A DNA stretch of 54,879 bases from a virus. This document shows positions 28,962-39,041 of the stretch, in pieces. Positions within the stretch are counted from its first letter, which is position 1. Each line of letters begins with the position of its first letter. Under the pieces are notes generated by a model. It ran no database searches and was not told the DNA's origin. It saw only the letters and a program-made list of their open reading frames with translations. The position numbers and the translations under genes were made by a program. The DNA lies in the IMG/VR virus record IMGVR_UViG_3300045988_121535. One strand, given 5' to 3'.

Positions 28962-29384
28962 CTACTTTACATTCTTTTGCAAAAGAAACAAATCAACCGT
29001 CAGACCTTCATCCGCAACGCCTTTTACAATGTAATCGCAACTTGTCTTATCGACCATTGCTGCTTTATACTGCACCGCTGATTTCTTCCACACCAAGTCC
29101 CCGACAGACAAAGGAAGTTTTCCCTTGTCATCGACAATCTGAACGAAATTTGTTGAATTATCAACGCCAAACTCCTTAATAAGAGATTCGCTCAATTTGT
29201 TACTGATTGAAGAATAGAAGGGTACTGGCACATCATATCCAGTTGTGTATTCCCCTGTTTCTATCGGTACTTTGTTTCCGTCCACAGTGATGTATTTCAA
29301 ATTGCCTTCCTCGTCAGTATCATAGACAGGGACTTGACCGATTTGCTTTGCGTAGAACATCTTTTGTCTGTTAATATCGAGCAT
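28962..29384 (-). CDS. head-tail joining (head closure) protein, putative
   Basis: Position and size. Confidence 0.35.
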   Translation of the reverse strand: MLDINRQKMFYAKQIGQVPVYDTDEEGNLKYITVDGNKVPIETGEYTTGYDVPVPFYSSISNKLSESLIKEFGVDNSTNFVQIVDDKGKLPLSVGDLVWKKSAVQYKAAMVDKTSCDYIVKGVADEGLTVDLFLLQKNVK

Positions 29385-29395
29385 TTGAAAACCAC

Positions 29396-29695
29396 CTACT
29401 CATGATTCATTCGTTCCTCAAGAGTATCAAGTCGATGGTGTGCAGATTTAAGGCTCTGCTCCAACTTGATAATCTTGTCATTATGACTATTGATTTCTTC
29501 TCTCATCGTGGATATTTCCGACTTTATTTCCTGTGTTGTTCCTGCGATAGCATCCAGTTTCATATTGATTCTGGTGTTATCCTTCACACGTTCCTCAATA
29601 TCCTTTGTGTCTGTATGCTTGCTGCTTTTCAACCCGAAAAAGACGGAAAATGCCAAAGATACTATGCTTATGATATACGCTATTTCAACCTGCAT
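29396..29695 (-). CDS. membrane-anchored coiled-coil protein
   Basis: N-terminal TM then a heptad-rich region. Confidence 0.4.
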   Translation of the reverse strand: MQVEIAYIISIVSLAFSVFFGLKSSKHTDTKDIEERVKDNTRINMKLDAIAGTTQEIKSEISTMREEINSHNDKIIKLEQSLKSAHHRLDTLEERMNHE

Positions 29696-29930
29696 TTCTG
29701 TACCGCCTTTCTACTTAATAATTGTGCATTAGCCCACCGCCACATAGTAAAATGCACCCCTGCTGCCATTTCGTTAAGATAATAAAATCTATCGAATTAA
29801 TTGAAAATTAAGTAGAAAATTTAATGAAATTTCATTTGTTTTCTATTAAATTTCAAAAATTCGATAAATTTATCGAAACTTCCAACGGCAACGCACTAAA
29901 AACGACTAAAGCTGGTTTGCTTTAACCAAT

Positions 29931-30293
29931 TTAAAGAACCTTTACAAACGGGTATACGCCAAAGAACAAATCCTCTCGATTCTTCCAAGAACGGCTAACT
30001 CCGTTTTCAGAATAGCTTGCCATATAGGCTTCTCCCGCCTGTGAGCGGTCATACACTGCCAAGTCAACGATATTGTTCTCAAATCTTTTCAAATCCTTGG
30101 CAATATCATCCTCTGTGTATGTATCTGGATACATACGCTTTATGGCAATCTCCTTTTTCGCCTGCTCTATCAGTTGGTTCAAAAGTGGATTTTCCTCCTT
30201 GTTGTCGAATACCACAGTATCATCATCTTCAACGTGAAACTGCCGCAGTCTGATTTTTACTTGCTCCAAAATGCTGTAATCAGCCATAAGCAA
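29931..30293 (-). CDS. gp6-like head-tail connector protein
   Basis: LEQVKIRLRQFHVEDDDTVVFDNKEENPLLNQLIEQAKKEI matches the gp6-like connector N-terminal pattern. Confidence 0.55.
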   Translation of the reverse strand: MLMADYSILEQVKIRLRQFHVEDDDTVVFDNKEENPLLNQLIEQAKKEIAIKRMYPDTYTEDDIAKDLKRFENNIVDLAVYDRSQAGEAYMASYSENGVSRSWKNREDLFFGVYPFVKVL

Positions 30294-30301
30294 TCACTCC
30301 T

Positions 30302-30520
30302 TTACAGTCCGAATACGGACAAGAGATAATGTTTCAGTTCTGTGCCGTTCATTTCAGCCGCGCCATCAATGCCAACCTTCAACGCCAACTGTCGCAGTTC
30401 ATCGACAGGCATGCGCGCGATTTCGCTTTTTGTATAGGCTTTCTTGCCGTTAGAATCTGGAACTTCCTCGAACGGCTCATACCAGATGCCGTTATGCTTT
30501 ACTTTATGGTCGAATTTCAT
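30302..30520 (-). CDS. small protein with SAP/Rho-N-like motif
   Basis: KSEIARMPVDELRQLALKVGI. Confidence 0.35.
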   Translation of the reverse strand: MKFDHKVKHNGIWYEPFEEVPDSNGKKAYTKSEIARMPVDELRQLALKVGIDGAAEMNGTELKHYLLSVFGL

Positions 30521-30536
30521 TTAACCGACCTCCTTT

Positions 30537-31604
30537 TTAGTAGCATTTAATAACATAGGTGCTGTCCATTCTCTCATAAGAGGGCAGTACGATTTCGGAT
30601 GCAGTTGTTTTTGTCTGCACAGGGTCATTAGAAACCGTTACCGCAACCGCAACGCCTGTATTGACAATGGATACATCCGCATCTTTGCTGCCCATCAGCG
30701 TTCTTTCTTCTGGTGTAGTACCGTACCATGTGTTGCCCAGTGCGCCGTTAGGAATCAGTGTTGCGAAACCATCGGGATAGAACTGAGCGGCAGTACCATC
30801 CTCTTTTTTGTACTGCTTGGAATAAACAACAATGTTAATTCCAAGTTCGTTAGAAAATATTTCTTTCACACGATTATCATCCATGAAGATATTTGCTGTT
30901 GCGTTCTGTGCCAAAATTGCGGATTTGATTTGCTTATTCTGTTTCAGATAGCCCATGGTCTGTCTGGAAACAATCATAGCAAAAGGTCTTTCTCCTGTTT
31001 TGGCTTCTACGGAATCCATTGCTTTCGCAATATCTCCCATAGGGTCAGAATTTTCAACGTCAGACCATTTATCAGTTGTTCCGCTCAACTCTGCAAAGTT
31101 GTTTGTTTTGTAGTCGCCGTTAGGGTCGTAATTGAATGCATGCGCAACGCCGTTTGCCTCAATAGAAATCTTAGGAGAACCATCAGCAGGGGAGAACAAC
31201 TGCATAATCATTCTCTCGGGAACAACCATCGCACCTTCAATCAGAGTGTTTGCATCGTCAAAGATTCTACTCAAAACATCCGCTGCGTAAGGGTCTGAAG
31301 AATCCTGCACACGCATGATTTCCTGCTCATCAATTTCCTTCACAATCATGGATTCACGGAAGAACGGCATTTCAGTTTCTTTAACAATAAATCCCCCTCT
31401 ACTTCTGATTGTAGAGTTTGCATCAAAATTGGAAGGAGCCAAGGAAACAGGCAGTCCTTTAGATGTTTTAACCCATTTCAAATCCAGTCCCATTTTCTTT
31501 CTTGCAGGGAACAACCCAGCACCAAGATATTCTTTTGCATTGCTTGCAACCTCTGTCTGCACAAGGGCAATCGCCTTTGCGTTATATACATCTCTAATGT
31601 TCAT
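30537..31604 (-). CDS. major capsid protein, lambda gpE family
   Basis: IRSRGG block and VVYSKQY...FYPD...LGNT...YG closely parallel lambda gpE; AAGGAGGTG RBS. Confidence 0.88.
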   Translation of the reverse strand: MNIRDVYNAKAIALVQTEVASNAKEYLGAGLFPARKKMGLDLKWVKTSKGLPVSLAPSNFDANSTIRSRGGFIVKETEMPFFRESMIVKEIDEQEIMRVQDSSDPYAADVLSRIFDDANTLIEGAMVVPERMIMQLFSPADGSPKISIEANGVAHAFNYDPNGDYKTNNFAELSGTTDKWSDVENSDPMGDIAKAMDSVEAKTGERPFAMIVSRQTMGYLKQNKQIKSAILAQNATANIFMDDNRVKEIFSNELGINIVVYSKQYKKEDGTAAQFYPDGFATLIPNGALGNTWYGTTPEERTLMGSKDADVSIVNTGVAVAVTVSNDPVQTKTTASEIVLPSYERMDSTYVIKCY

Positions 31605-31618
31605 TACTTTACACCTCC

Positions 31619-31957
31619 TTATTCAAATACAATCAGTGGCAGTGCCGTCTTTACCGCCTCTGCAATCGTAATTCCTGCGTTCGCATTCGCATTTGTTTCG
31701 TTTACACAAGCAAAAGCCTTGATGATAGTTCCGTTAGTGTTAGAATCATACACGTCATAAAGCAGAATACCGACTGCCGCCGAATCACCGCTTCCACCAT
31801 TTACCTTCTTTCCCTCTGCGGAAATAGGATTCCCAGCCTTACAAACGCCTTCCGTAAAAGCCGATGCATCCAGTTTTATAGGAACGAACAATTCTCCACC
31901 AAGTTTTCTTTTCAGAATTTCTTTCTGTGTAGTTACATTTGTTTCAGTGAATTTCAT
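31619..31957 (-). CDS. head decoration protein (gpD-like)
   Basis: GSGDSAAVGILLYDV...GTIIKA resembles gpD DGAAVGILA...; lies upstream of an E-type capsid gene. Confidence 0.55.
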   Translation of the reverse strand: MKFTETNVTTQKEILKRKLGGELFVPIKLDASAFTEGVCKAGNPISAEGKKVNGGSGDSAAVGILLYDVYDSNTNGTIIKAFACVNETNANANAGITIAEAVKTALPLIVFE

Positions 31958-31969
31958 TTTCATACCTCC

Positions 31970-32527
31970 TTACATATAACTTTTTAAGACAGATTCAGCC
32001 GTTTTATTTGCATCGGACCATTTACTTCCGATTTCTTTTGCAATTTTTTCAGCCTCCGTCTGCGTTTCTCCACCGCCATTACTGCCGTTAGGGTTATGGG
32101 AATTGTTTGCAATCTCCTCCTCTTTCGCTTTGGCAGCAGCCGTTTCTTTATCAGAGATAATCTGTCCGAGAACGTCATAATCGAAAGAGCCGTCATCTTT
32201 TACAATCTGCGCCGCCTGTTCAGCAGTTACTTTGAATTTCGCAGCCGCAGTGCTTCTCTGCGTAGCCAATGTCTGTGCCTTCTCAAGTTCTGCGATTCTT
32301 GCATTTGCTGTTTCCAACGCTTTATTGGCTTTTTCAGTTTCAGACAAACCGTTTGATTCCAATTCGTCAATCTTTGCCTGTAATTCGTCTGCCTTATCGG
32401 CTTTTTCTTTGTACTGTGCGATTTTGTTTTTTTCGTTCAACACTTCCTTGTTACTTTGATTCAGCAAATTGGTAATCTGCTCATCAGTTGCCTCTGGGAA
32501 AAGTTTCAGCACATCTTCTCGTTTCAT
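31970..32527 (-). CDS. scaffolding protein
   Basis: Coiled-coil, acidic; sits between the Mu-F-like gene and the capsid gene. Confidence 0.6.
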   Translation of the reverse strand: MKREDVLKLFPEATDEQITNLLNQSNKEVLNEKNKIAQYKEKADKADELQAKIDELESNGLSETEKANKALETANARIAELEKAQTLATQRSTAAAKFKVTAEQAAQIVKDDGSFDYDVLGQIISDKETAAAKAKEEEIANNSHNPNGSNGGGETQTEAEKIAKEIGSKWSDANKTAESVLKSYM

Positions 32528-32614
32528 GGTTATTACCTCCTGTTCTTTTACTCACGCTTTTGTTACCGCAGGTCGCGCCTGCTGAGTTTTGCTATTTACC
32601 GCATAGCTGCTTAT

Positions 32615-32650
32615 TTTTTGCAAACAAAAAACAGCCCATAAGGACTGTTT
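32615..32650 (-). terminator. weak intrinsic terminator after the Mu-F-like gene
   Basis: AAACAG...CTGTTT hairpin plus a T-rich tail on the minus strand. Confidence 0.35.
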
Positions 32651-33269
32651 AAGTTTTCGTGTATTTAAGACTGCATCTGCAATTTACAATTTCCTCTGCA
32701 CCTGCCCCCAAAGAGTAGTCACGAGGGAAGGACATTTCAGATGCCCCAATATGAAAAGAATCGAATATCCCGACTTTATACCCATTCGCTTCGGCGTGTG
32801 TATGCCGCACCTTATCATCAAGCATGGTTATCCATGTTTTGTATTTATAACCTTGCTTAACCATTCTGGTGTATTCTCGGTAGTTGCCAATGGTATTCGC
32901 TTCATTTGCCGCAATATTCATGGCACGCTCAACAGATGTAAAGTAGGGCGTATCCTTATTTTCAATCGTTGTTCGGATAATATCTTCTGTGATTTTCTCC
33001 GAGTATTCTTTTATGTATGCTGGTGGTTCTCTGACCTTTAGAAACTTCAACGCCGCCTTTTCGTATTCTGCCGAAATACCTTGAATGAAATCTCCTTCGC
33101 TTTCTCCTTGTTCCAAAAAAGCATAAAAAAAAGAAATAAAAATCGGCTCAAGTTCTTTCGCTAACTCAAGCCGTTCTTTCTTTTCTTCGTCAGATATTTC
33201 CATTTCGCCGAAATAGGTTTCATATACAATTTTCTCTGTATGCAATTCGTCATTCGGGATTCTTGACAT
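32649..33269 (-). CDS. head morphogenesis protein, SPP1 gp7/Mu F family
   Basis: TWITMLDDKVRHTHAEANGYKV motif. Confidence 0.8.
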   Translation of the reverse strand: MSRIPNDELHTEKIVYETYFGEMEISDEEKKERLELAKELEPIFISFFYAFLEQGESEGDFIQGISAEYEKAALKFLKVREPPAYIKEYSEKITEDIIRTTIENKDTPYFTSVERAMNIAANEANTIGNYREYTRMVKQGYKYKTWITMLDDKVRHTHAEANGYKVGIFDSFHIGASEMSFPRDYSLGAGAEEIVNCRCSLKYTKT

Positions 33270-33281
33270 GAAACCACCTCT

Positions 33282-34709
33282 TTATTCTTCTGCAACTGTT
33301 TGAGATTGTTTTGCAATCTCAGCCGCCCTGCGTTCCTGTTCTTCCTTTTCCTCTGCTGTCTGCCACAAAGCATCCATATAAGGCTTTGAAAGAAGGAAGG
33401 TTTTTTCGGAATCTCCCCATAATCCAACAGTCTTAACTGCGATAAGAGGGTGTATTCCTGCCTGCAAAAGCTGATAGAGTGTCTGCGATTTTGTGTACAT
33501 ATTGTCCTGCGGACTATGATTTATCTGCACATCAAAATCCCTTGTAGTAATGCCTAAATCCTCATGCTTAATACGAATGATATTTAGCACGATTTTTGCA
33601 AGGCGTTTCTCCGCCGCTTTTACAATGGGGTCTTTCAGCTTTGCTCTCGTCTTTGAGAAATCCCAACCGTTACGAAGTTGCACCGCCCCTTGCGTATCTC
33701 CACCAGAGTTGTTGTTGTTTTTATTCGGTATTGCAAGGATGGAAAGAGCATTGTCCCATAGGTCATCCTTTGCAACCTGTGATTCCGTCTGGTTCAACTC
33801 CTGTGTCATGATATCGACATCAGCTTTGTTTTCGCCGTTATTTGATTTAACAACCAACGCACCCTGCATTTTCATTTTCCCAAATTCTTCCGAATCGATA
33901 TCGCAGTTTACAAATTTTATCCACGATTGCACAAACTGTTCAATGGAATCCATGCGGTTTGACTGCATATTGTTAATGGAATCCAGAATGTCAATGACAA
34001 GTTCAATATCAGATAACCGCTCATGGTTATTAGGGTATTCCACAATCGGTATGCCGCCGAAAGCATGAAGTTTCCAATTCGTAACCTCCGAATTATGTAT
34101 TTCGCAGGAATGCGTTTCGGTGAAGCACATTTTATACCATTCGCCATTCTTATTTTTCAATTCCTGTACAGCCAGTATCGGTTCTTCTGTGCTACGGTTG
34201 TAAATGACAAAGGTGTTCAGTGGAGTGGGGGAGACAATGCGAAATTTTATATCTCCATCCGCGAACTGAGCTGCCTTAAAGGAAGTGCCGGTTGCTGACT
34301 GCCACTCTCCAGACTTAATATCCTTTGACTGCTTATCAACATCAACCATGTAATCATTCAGAATATCTACAGCCTTGTTTATCCGCTCATCATCCTTGCG
34401 GCTAACAAACTGTACAGGTTCGCCGTAGGTCTGACCGACCTTGAACTGTACAATCTCATAGGCGTGGTTTTCAACAACCTTATTCACGATATCGTCTCTA
34501 ACAACCTTTTTTCGATAACGTATCGGCTGGTCTCCCTTGTAGTAATTCCAAAGGTATTCGATAACGGTTTTATTGAAATTGAAAACTCCGATACACTTTC
34601 CGATTACAGAAACGATATTTTCTGGCGTTATTTTCTCCACGTTTGTGTATGCAATTTTTCTGCCGTAATTCCCACGAACAATCTCTTGGAGTGTCATTCT
34701 ATTACTCAT
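33282..34709 (-). CDS. portal protein (SPP1 Gp6-like)
   Basis: ATG 34709 with GGGAGGTG RBS; size and position after terL. Confidence 0.88.
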   Translation of the reverse strand: MSNRMTLQEIVRGNYGRKIAYTNVEKITPENIVSVIGKCIGVFNFNKTVIEYLWNYYKGDQPIRYRKKVVRDDIVNKVVENHAYEIVQFKVGQTYGEPVQFVSRKDDERINKAVDILNDYMVDVDKQSKDIKSGEWQSATGTSFKAAQFADGDIKFRIVSPTPLNTFVIYNRSTEEPILAVQELKNKNGEWYKMCFTETHSCEIHNSEVTNWKLHAFGGIPIVEYPNNHERLSDIELVIDILDSINNMQSNRMDSIEQFVQSWIKFVNCDIDSEEFGKMKMQGALVVKSNNGENKADVDIMTQELNQTESQVAKDDLWDNALSILAIPNKNNNNSGGDTQGAVQLRNGWDFSKTRAKLKDPIVKAAEKRLAKIVLNIIRIKHEDLGITTRDFDVQINHSPQDNMYTKSQTLYQLLQAGIHPLIAVKTVGLWGDSEKTFLLSKPYMDALWQTAEEKEEQERRAAEIAKQSQTVAEE

Positions 34710-34827
34710 GCGGCACCTCCCGATAAAAAACAAAACAAAAAACACCGACAAGAATCGGTGTTCGTCTGCTTGCATATTTCTTTATTCTAAATATACCACA
34801 CTTTTTCGGGACATTTAGGACAACTTT

Positions 34828-35256
34828 CTAATTTTCGAGAAAACGATAAAACATTTTCTTTACACTATCCTCAGTATTGCCTCCAACCCTTCTTGCAACA
34901 TCAGACCAAGAAAGACCATCAATAAATCTAAGACGGATAATTCGCCTCATGTGGCTATCGTTTATATCTGCTATAAACGCTTCAACTTTGTTTATCGTTT
35001 CCAACAACTCTAATTCAAGTTCGCATAATGTTGCTTTCCTTGAGTAAAGCAACGCTTTCTTTCTGTTATATTCTGGATAGGGGAAGCCCTCAATGACAAA
35101 TGTTTCCAATCCGCCAACTCCGCCAGATACTTTGTCAAGAACCGTTCCTTCCTGCTCTATTTTTATAATCTGCTGTTCAAGAGTTGATATCTTTTCTCTT
35201 ACCTCATCACATTCTTGTTGAAGGTCTGTGTATTGCTTTAGAATTTCCTTTGTCAA
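34828..35256 (-). CDS. sigma-70 region-4-like HTH protein (possible late regulator)
   Basis: RRIIRLRFIDGLSWSDVARRVGGNTEDSVKKMFYRF; N-terminal coiled coil; TTG start. Confidence 0.4.
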   Translation of the reverse strand: MTKEILKQYTDLQQECDEVREKISTLEQQIIKIEQEGTVLDKVSGGVGGLETFVIEGFPYPEYNRKKALLYSRKATLCELELELLETINKVEAFIADINDSHMRRIIRLRFIDGLSWSDVARRVGGNTEDSVKKMFYRFLEN

Positions 35257-37427
35257 TAATATACGCCCCCTCTAAACGGATTTATGGTTGCCTCTACCTT
35301 CGCAATCCTATTTCCCTTTGTGATTCTTACCGCAAAGTTAGAAAATACGTCTGGAACGTCATCAAGCTGTTTCTTGCTACTTACAGAATACCGTTTCAAA
35401 AGTGACATCATCACGCCGTATGGCTCTTTCGGGGAATACATGGATTCATCCTTGAAAATAACGTGCTGCAATATCCAGTTGGAACACTGGAATATCCTTG
35501 CCTCTTTGTTCGTTTCGGTAGGCGTATCTGTAATATTGCAAATCCAACCCTTAGCCTCTACACGTTTATTCACTTCCATAGCAACCCTGTCTCCGCCTGC
35601 GTTTCGCTCAAATTCGCACTCCTGTACTCCATTATTAACAATAGCATTTGCGGCGTTTTCGTACTGCATTTCATAGTCTGCGGTATTATCGCAAACGCAA
35701 TCCACGCAGTAGTAGTCATCACCGTATTTTTGCAGGATTGGCAGGACAAAATAGTCCGTTCCTTTTCCTTTCGTGTCGCACTGTGCAGTGATAATATCCG
35801 GCTCTCCGTGTGGAAGATTGAGGTATCGGCGTATCTTGTCTTCAGGGAAAACCAATCCCTCACGCTCAATAGGCTCCTGCTTATACAGACAACGATAAGA
35901 AATATCGTCCATCAGCAACTGTTGGTCTTCAAAAAATTCTTTTGTAAACCCAGAAAATTCATAATCGAAATTGCTTTCTTGCGTAATCGGGTCAATATCT
36001 GGTACTGCTATGGTTTTAACCCTCGGATTTCCTTCATACATATTTTGAATACGCCCGATAACATCATGCACAGACCATCGTGTAGCAATATGTATTTCCT
36101 TGCAGTTTTTGCCTTCGGAATCCTGTATTTTCCTCTGTCTCGCATCGACTGCGTATTTATTCCACAGTTTATCAAGTATCATAGGGTTCATTGCTTCTTC
36201 GATACCGCCTATCATATCGTCAACAAGCAGAAATTTAGATGCCCTTACTTTACCGGCATTTTTGCTGCCTACGGATGTGCATTGAACAGAAGGGAAGGGT
36301 TTATATTTTCCTACGTTAAACTGCTCCATCTTTGCGTTTGTACTGGTAACGTGTAGGTTTGGAAATATCTCGTTCCATGCGTAATCGTCTATGTTCGTGA
36401 CAATATCGTATACGCCATCATAATACATCCTCGTAATATCCCCACTATGAGAATAAAAGAGGTTAAAGTCTTTCGGAAACCAACCAATGACCGCAGCGTT
36501 GAAAAACTTCTCAATCGTTGTGTTGTGCGTGACAATATAATCATCGGTGATATATAAGTGGCACGGATTATCAATCATGATACACTGACACTCTTCTTCT
36601 CCTTTATACTGAATCGCTCCAACTCTCAGATAAAATCTATTATTTAATGATTTTGTTGTTACAGGAATAAGGTATTTGTATGGATTTACAAGCATCTCTT
36701 TTGTTTCTATTACTTTTTCAGTTGTTTTATTTCCAAAATAGTTGTATCTGACATTCCACAAGTGATTATCCGAACATCTGCATTTTGAACCATCTTCAAG
36801 CGTAATTTCGTATATTTTTCTTTTCCCTTGTGGGTATATGCCTATGATATTTGCAGTTTCTCCATTTCCTGCGATTATTTTAGTTCCGACTTTCGCATCG
36901 CCCATTTGAATGAATCCATCTGGTGTAAGAATTTTTGAATACAATGGCTGCGCTTTCCCAGCGCCAGGAATTAGGCTGATGCACAAAATATCATACCTAT
37001 CATCAATCATCCCTTGTAGTGCATCCATTAGCCCGATTTTCAAAAATTGTTTTCTTCTCGGCATATAAAACCGTTCTTTCGGCTCTCTTTTGTGTTCGAT
37101 ATAACGAAAGAAACTATCGACAACCTTATTCTGTGCTTCTATCAGTAAGACGGAATAAAATTTCTCTATAATTTCATAGCTTACTTTTTCTTTGAAAGCG
37201 TATTTTTCCAAATCCCAAATTGTACCGCCAGAAGAATTAAGGCAGTAGGCTTCAATGATTTCCTTGCACCGCGCGGACAGTTCTAAGCCATAGGCAATAT
37301 CTTTTTCGTTTGCGAACGCCGTATTTGCAGCTTCGCAGTAGGCATCTATAACCTGTTCATTGATTCCATTTGTTTCTATGTATTTTTCGTAGTCCTGTAC
37401 GGCACTTATCAACTCAAAACTTGCCAT
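35253..37427 (-). CDS. terL: terminase large subunit containing a mini-intein in the Walker A loop
   Basis: P-loop split as ISLIPGAGK | intein | TTIEKF; Walker B FLLVDDMIGG; C-terminal nuclease domain. Confidence 0.9.
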   Translation of the reverse strand: MASFELISAVQDYEKYIETNGINEQVIDAYCEAANTAFANEKDIAYGLELSARCKEIIEAYCLNSSGGTIWDLEKYAFKEKVSYEIIEKFYSVLLIEAQNKVVDSFFRYIEHKREPKERFYMPRRKQFLKIGLMDALQGMIDDRYDILCISLIPGAGKAQPLYSKILTPDGFIQMGDAKVGTKIIAGNGETANIIGIYPQGKRKIYEITLEDGSKCRCSDNHLWNVRYNYFGNKTTEKVIETKEMLVNPYKYLIPVTTKSLNNRFYLRVGAIQYKGEEECQCIMIDNPCHLYITDDYIVTHNTTIEKFFNAAVIGWFPKDFNLFYSHSGDITRMYYDGVYDIVTNIDDYAWNEIFPNLHVTSTNAKMEQFNVGKYKPFPSVQCTSVGSKNAGKVRASKFLLVDDMIGGIEEAMNPMILDKLWNKYAVDARQRKIQDSEGKNCKEIHIATRWSVHDVIGRIQNMYEGNPRVKTIAVPDIDPITQESNFDYEFSGFTKEFFEDQQLLMDDISYRCLYKQEPIEREGLVFPEDKIRRYLNLPHGEPDIITAQCDTKGKGTDYFVLPILQKYGDDYYCVDCVCDNTADYEMQYENAANAIVNNGVQECEFERNAGGDRVAMEVNKRVEAKGWICNITDTPTETNKEARIFQCSNWILQHVIFKDESMYSPKEPYGVMMSLLKRYSVSSKKQLDDVPDVFSNFAVRITKGNRIAKVEATINPFRGGVYY
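36522..36953 (-). other. mini-intein (about 144 aa) inserted after GAGK of the terL P-loop
   Basis: Block B CSDNHLWN (TxxH); C-terminal blocks F/G IDNPCHLYITDDYIVTHN followed by +1 Thr. Confidence 0.7.
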
Positions 37428-37531
37428 TAAAAAAAGCACCTCCGCTCAAATAAGCAAAGGTGCAAAAATCCTTTGCCCTCAGATGTTTAGGGTTAGCGGC
37501 TAACTTCCAAATTGTTAGTCGGTAATTGTTT

Positions 37532-37813
37532 TTAGTTTATGTCTGCAATGGTTTCCACAAAGCAGTTGTAGTAAATATATCTTTTTCCGTCAAAATCAAA
37601 TTTAACATAACCGCCGTCGTTTGTATCAATATCGATTTTCCCTTCATAATTTGCTATTTTCTTTCCATCTGCTGTATACACAGTAATGGTTCTATGAACC
37701 ACTCCTTTTGTAGCGTTTCTAGTATTTGCAATCATTTTGCCAATAGTTGCAGCACCAGTCATTCCGCAAACTAAAGCGAAACCTATTGCTACCAAGTAAC
37801 AAATTTTTTTCAT
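37532..37813 (-). CDS. small secreted/lipoprotein-like protein
   Basis: Signal peptide MKKICYLVAIGFALVCGMTGAAT. Confidence 0.5.
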   Translation of the reverse strand: MKKICYLVAIGFALVCGMTGAATIGKMIANTRNATKGVVHRTITVYTADGKKIANYEGKIDIDTNDGGYVKFDFDGKRYIYYNCFVETIADIN

Positions 37814-37832
37814 ATCATTTTCTCCTTCTATT

Positions 37833-38093
37833 TCAAATTCCCAAAACTTCTTTTGAAAAAGTTACACACCCCTTGCGGGTTTCATCGTCTATGCAGTTTC
37901 CGCACTTGTTATATATACAAATGGATAAATTGCATTTCGTATTTTCGTTGGCGTTCCCGAATTTTTCAACAAACTGTCTGAAGTGAACGCCGCTAATTTC
38001 AATGTTCTTCAGTGCATTATCAACAGCTTCTTCTGCCAATTCTTCAAGTGTTTTGCTTTTCATTACCGCACATACCTTTCTTTTCTTCTCCAC
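37833..38093 (-). CDS. hypothetical Cys-containing protein
   Basis: 86-aa ORF. Confidence 0.4.
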   Translation of the reverse strand: MEKKRKVCAVMKSKTLEELAEEAVDNALKNIEISGVHFRQFVEKFGNANENTKCNLSICIYNKCGNCIDDETRKGCVTFSKEVLGI

Positions 38094-38311
38094 GCATCAT
38101 CATTGTACTTCTCAAGCCATTTGCACCGTTTAGCAATACATTTATGCTTGTAAGCAAGCTCCTTGTTCAACGCACCAGTATGAGCCTTGCAGTGGCAATA
38201 TCCGATTGCGTTCCCTATGTATTTACCCGTTATTGATTTCTCTCTCATAGGCAAAATCCTTGCATAATACCATTTTTGCAATTTTAACACATTCTTTTCG
38301 GTTGTCAGCAT
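38063..38311 (-). CDS. small Cys/His-rich protein
   Basis: YCHCKAH...HKC...KRCK. Confidence 0.35.
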   Translation of the reverse strand: MLTTEKNVLKLQKWYYARILPMREKSITGKYIGNAIGYCHCKAHTGALNKELAYKHKCIAKRCKWLEKYNDDAWRRKERYVR

Positions 38312-38362
38312 CAGTACATTTGCCGTCTTTGTTGTATCTGCAAGTTCTTAAATCGCAATCAC

Positions 38363-38605
38363 TCATTTTCGCAACTCCTCTTTAAATTTGAGAAATTTCT
38401 CCAGTTGTTCTTGGTCTTCGTCAGTCCCGAACAGCGTATCTGGGAATGGCTCACCTTTTATGTACATGTTGAAGTACTTTGATGCAGTAGGAACGCTAAT
38501 ACCGATATATCTTGCAGCTTTGGACAGTGTCATCCGACCGCTACAGAACGATTCAAATGCTTCAAAGAATTTTTTCTTGCTTATGGTTTTTACGCCTTGC
38601 GCCAT
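38363..38605 (-). CDS. small HTH DNA-binding protein
   Basis: MTLSKAARYIGISVPTASKYF; ATG 38605 with AAAGGCGGTG RBS. Confidence 0.5.
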   Translation of the reverse strand: MAQGVKTISKKKFFEAFESFCSGRMTLSKAARYIGISVPTASKYFNMYIKGEPFPDTLFGTDEDQEQLEKFLKFKEELRK

Positions 38606-39041
38606 TGCAAACACCGCCTTTCGTTTTCAATCAAATAATCGGGATAACGTGTGCGTCTCCGATAGGCAGAAAGGGTGACATCCAATCTGCCATCGGCATT
38701 TTTTTAATTCAAGTGGGATTCACGCAACCAACACTCTATTCTGGTGCGACCAGACCTCTTAGATGGGCGTGGATTTGCACCACGCATGAAAGACTTATCT
38801 CCCTGTGTCCCTTTGAGAGTGCTTTCTGGGCATTATTATTCATAATGGGAACTCCCAGCGTATACCTATTCCGCCACCATCTACCATAATTCAATTTTGA
38901 ATTATCCTACGCCTACTCGCAGGCTAATAACCCGGGGCAAGTCCGCTTTATCGCAGACCTAAAAGACTGCTTTCGGCACACGCATTTTTACAACGATTTT
39001 AACCCATAAGGTTGCGAGTAAGGTTTTCATCGTGAACCCTA

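Noticed and set aside
35463-36356. 297-aa plus-strand ORF
   Set aside because: Antisense within terL, whose Walker motifs and intein confirm the minus-strand frame.
38388-38889. Plus-strand ORFs of 96 and 125 aa in the tRNA-proximal region
   Set aside because: They overlap the minus-strand HTH gene and an otherwise non-coding structured region; no RBS; the strand is opposite to all flanking late genes.
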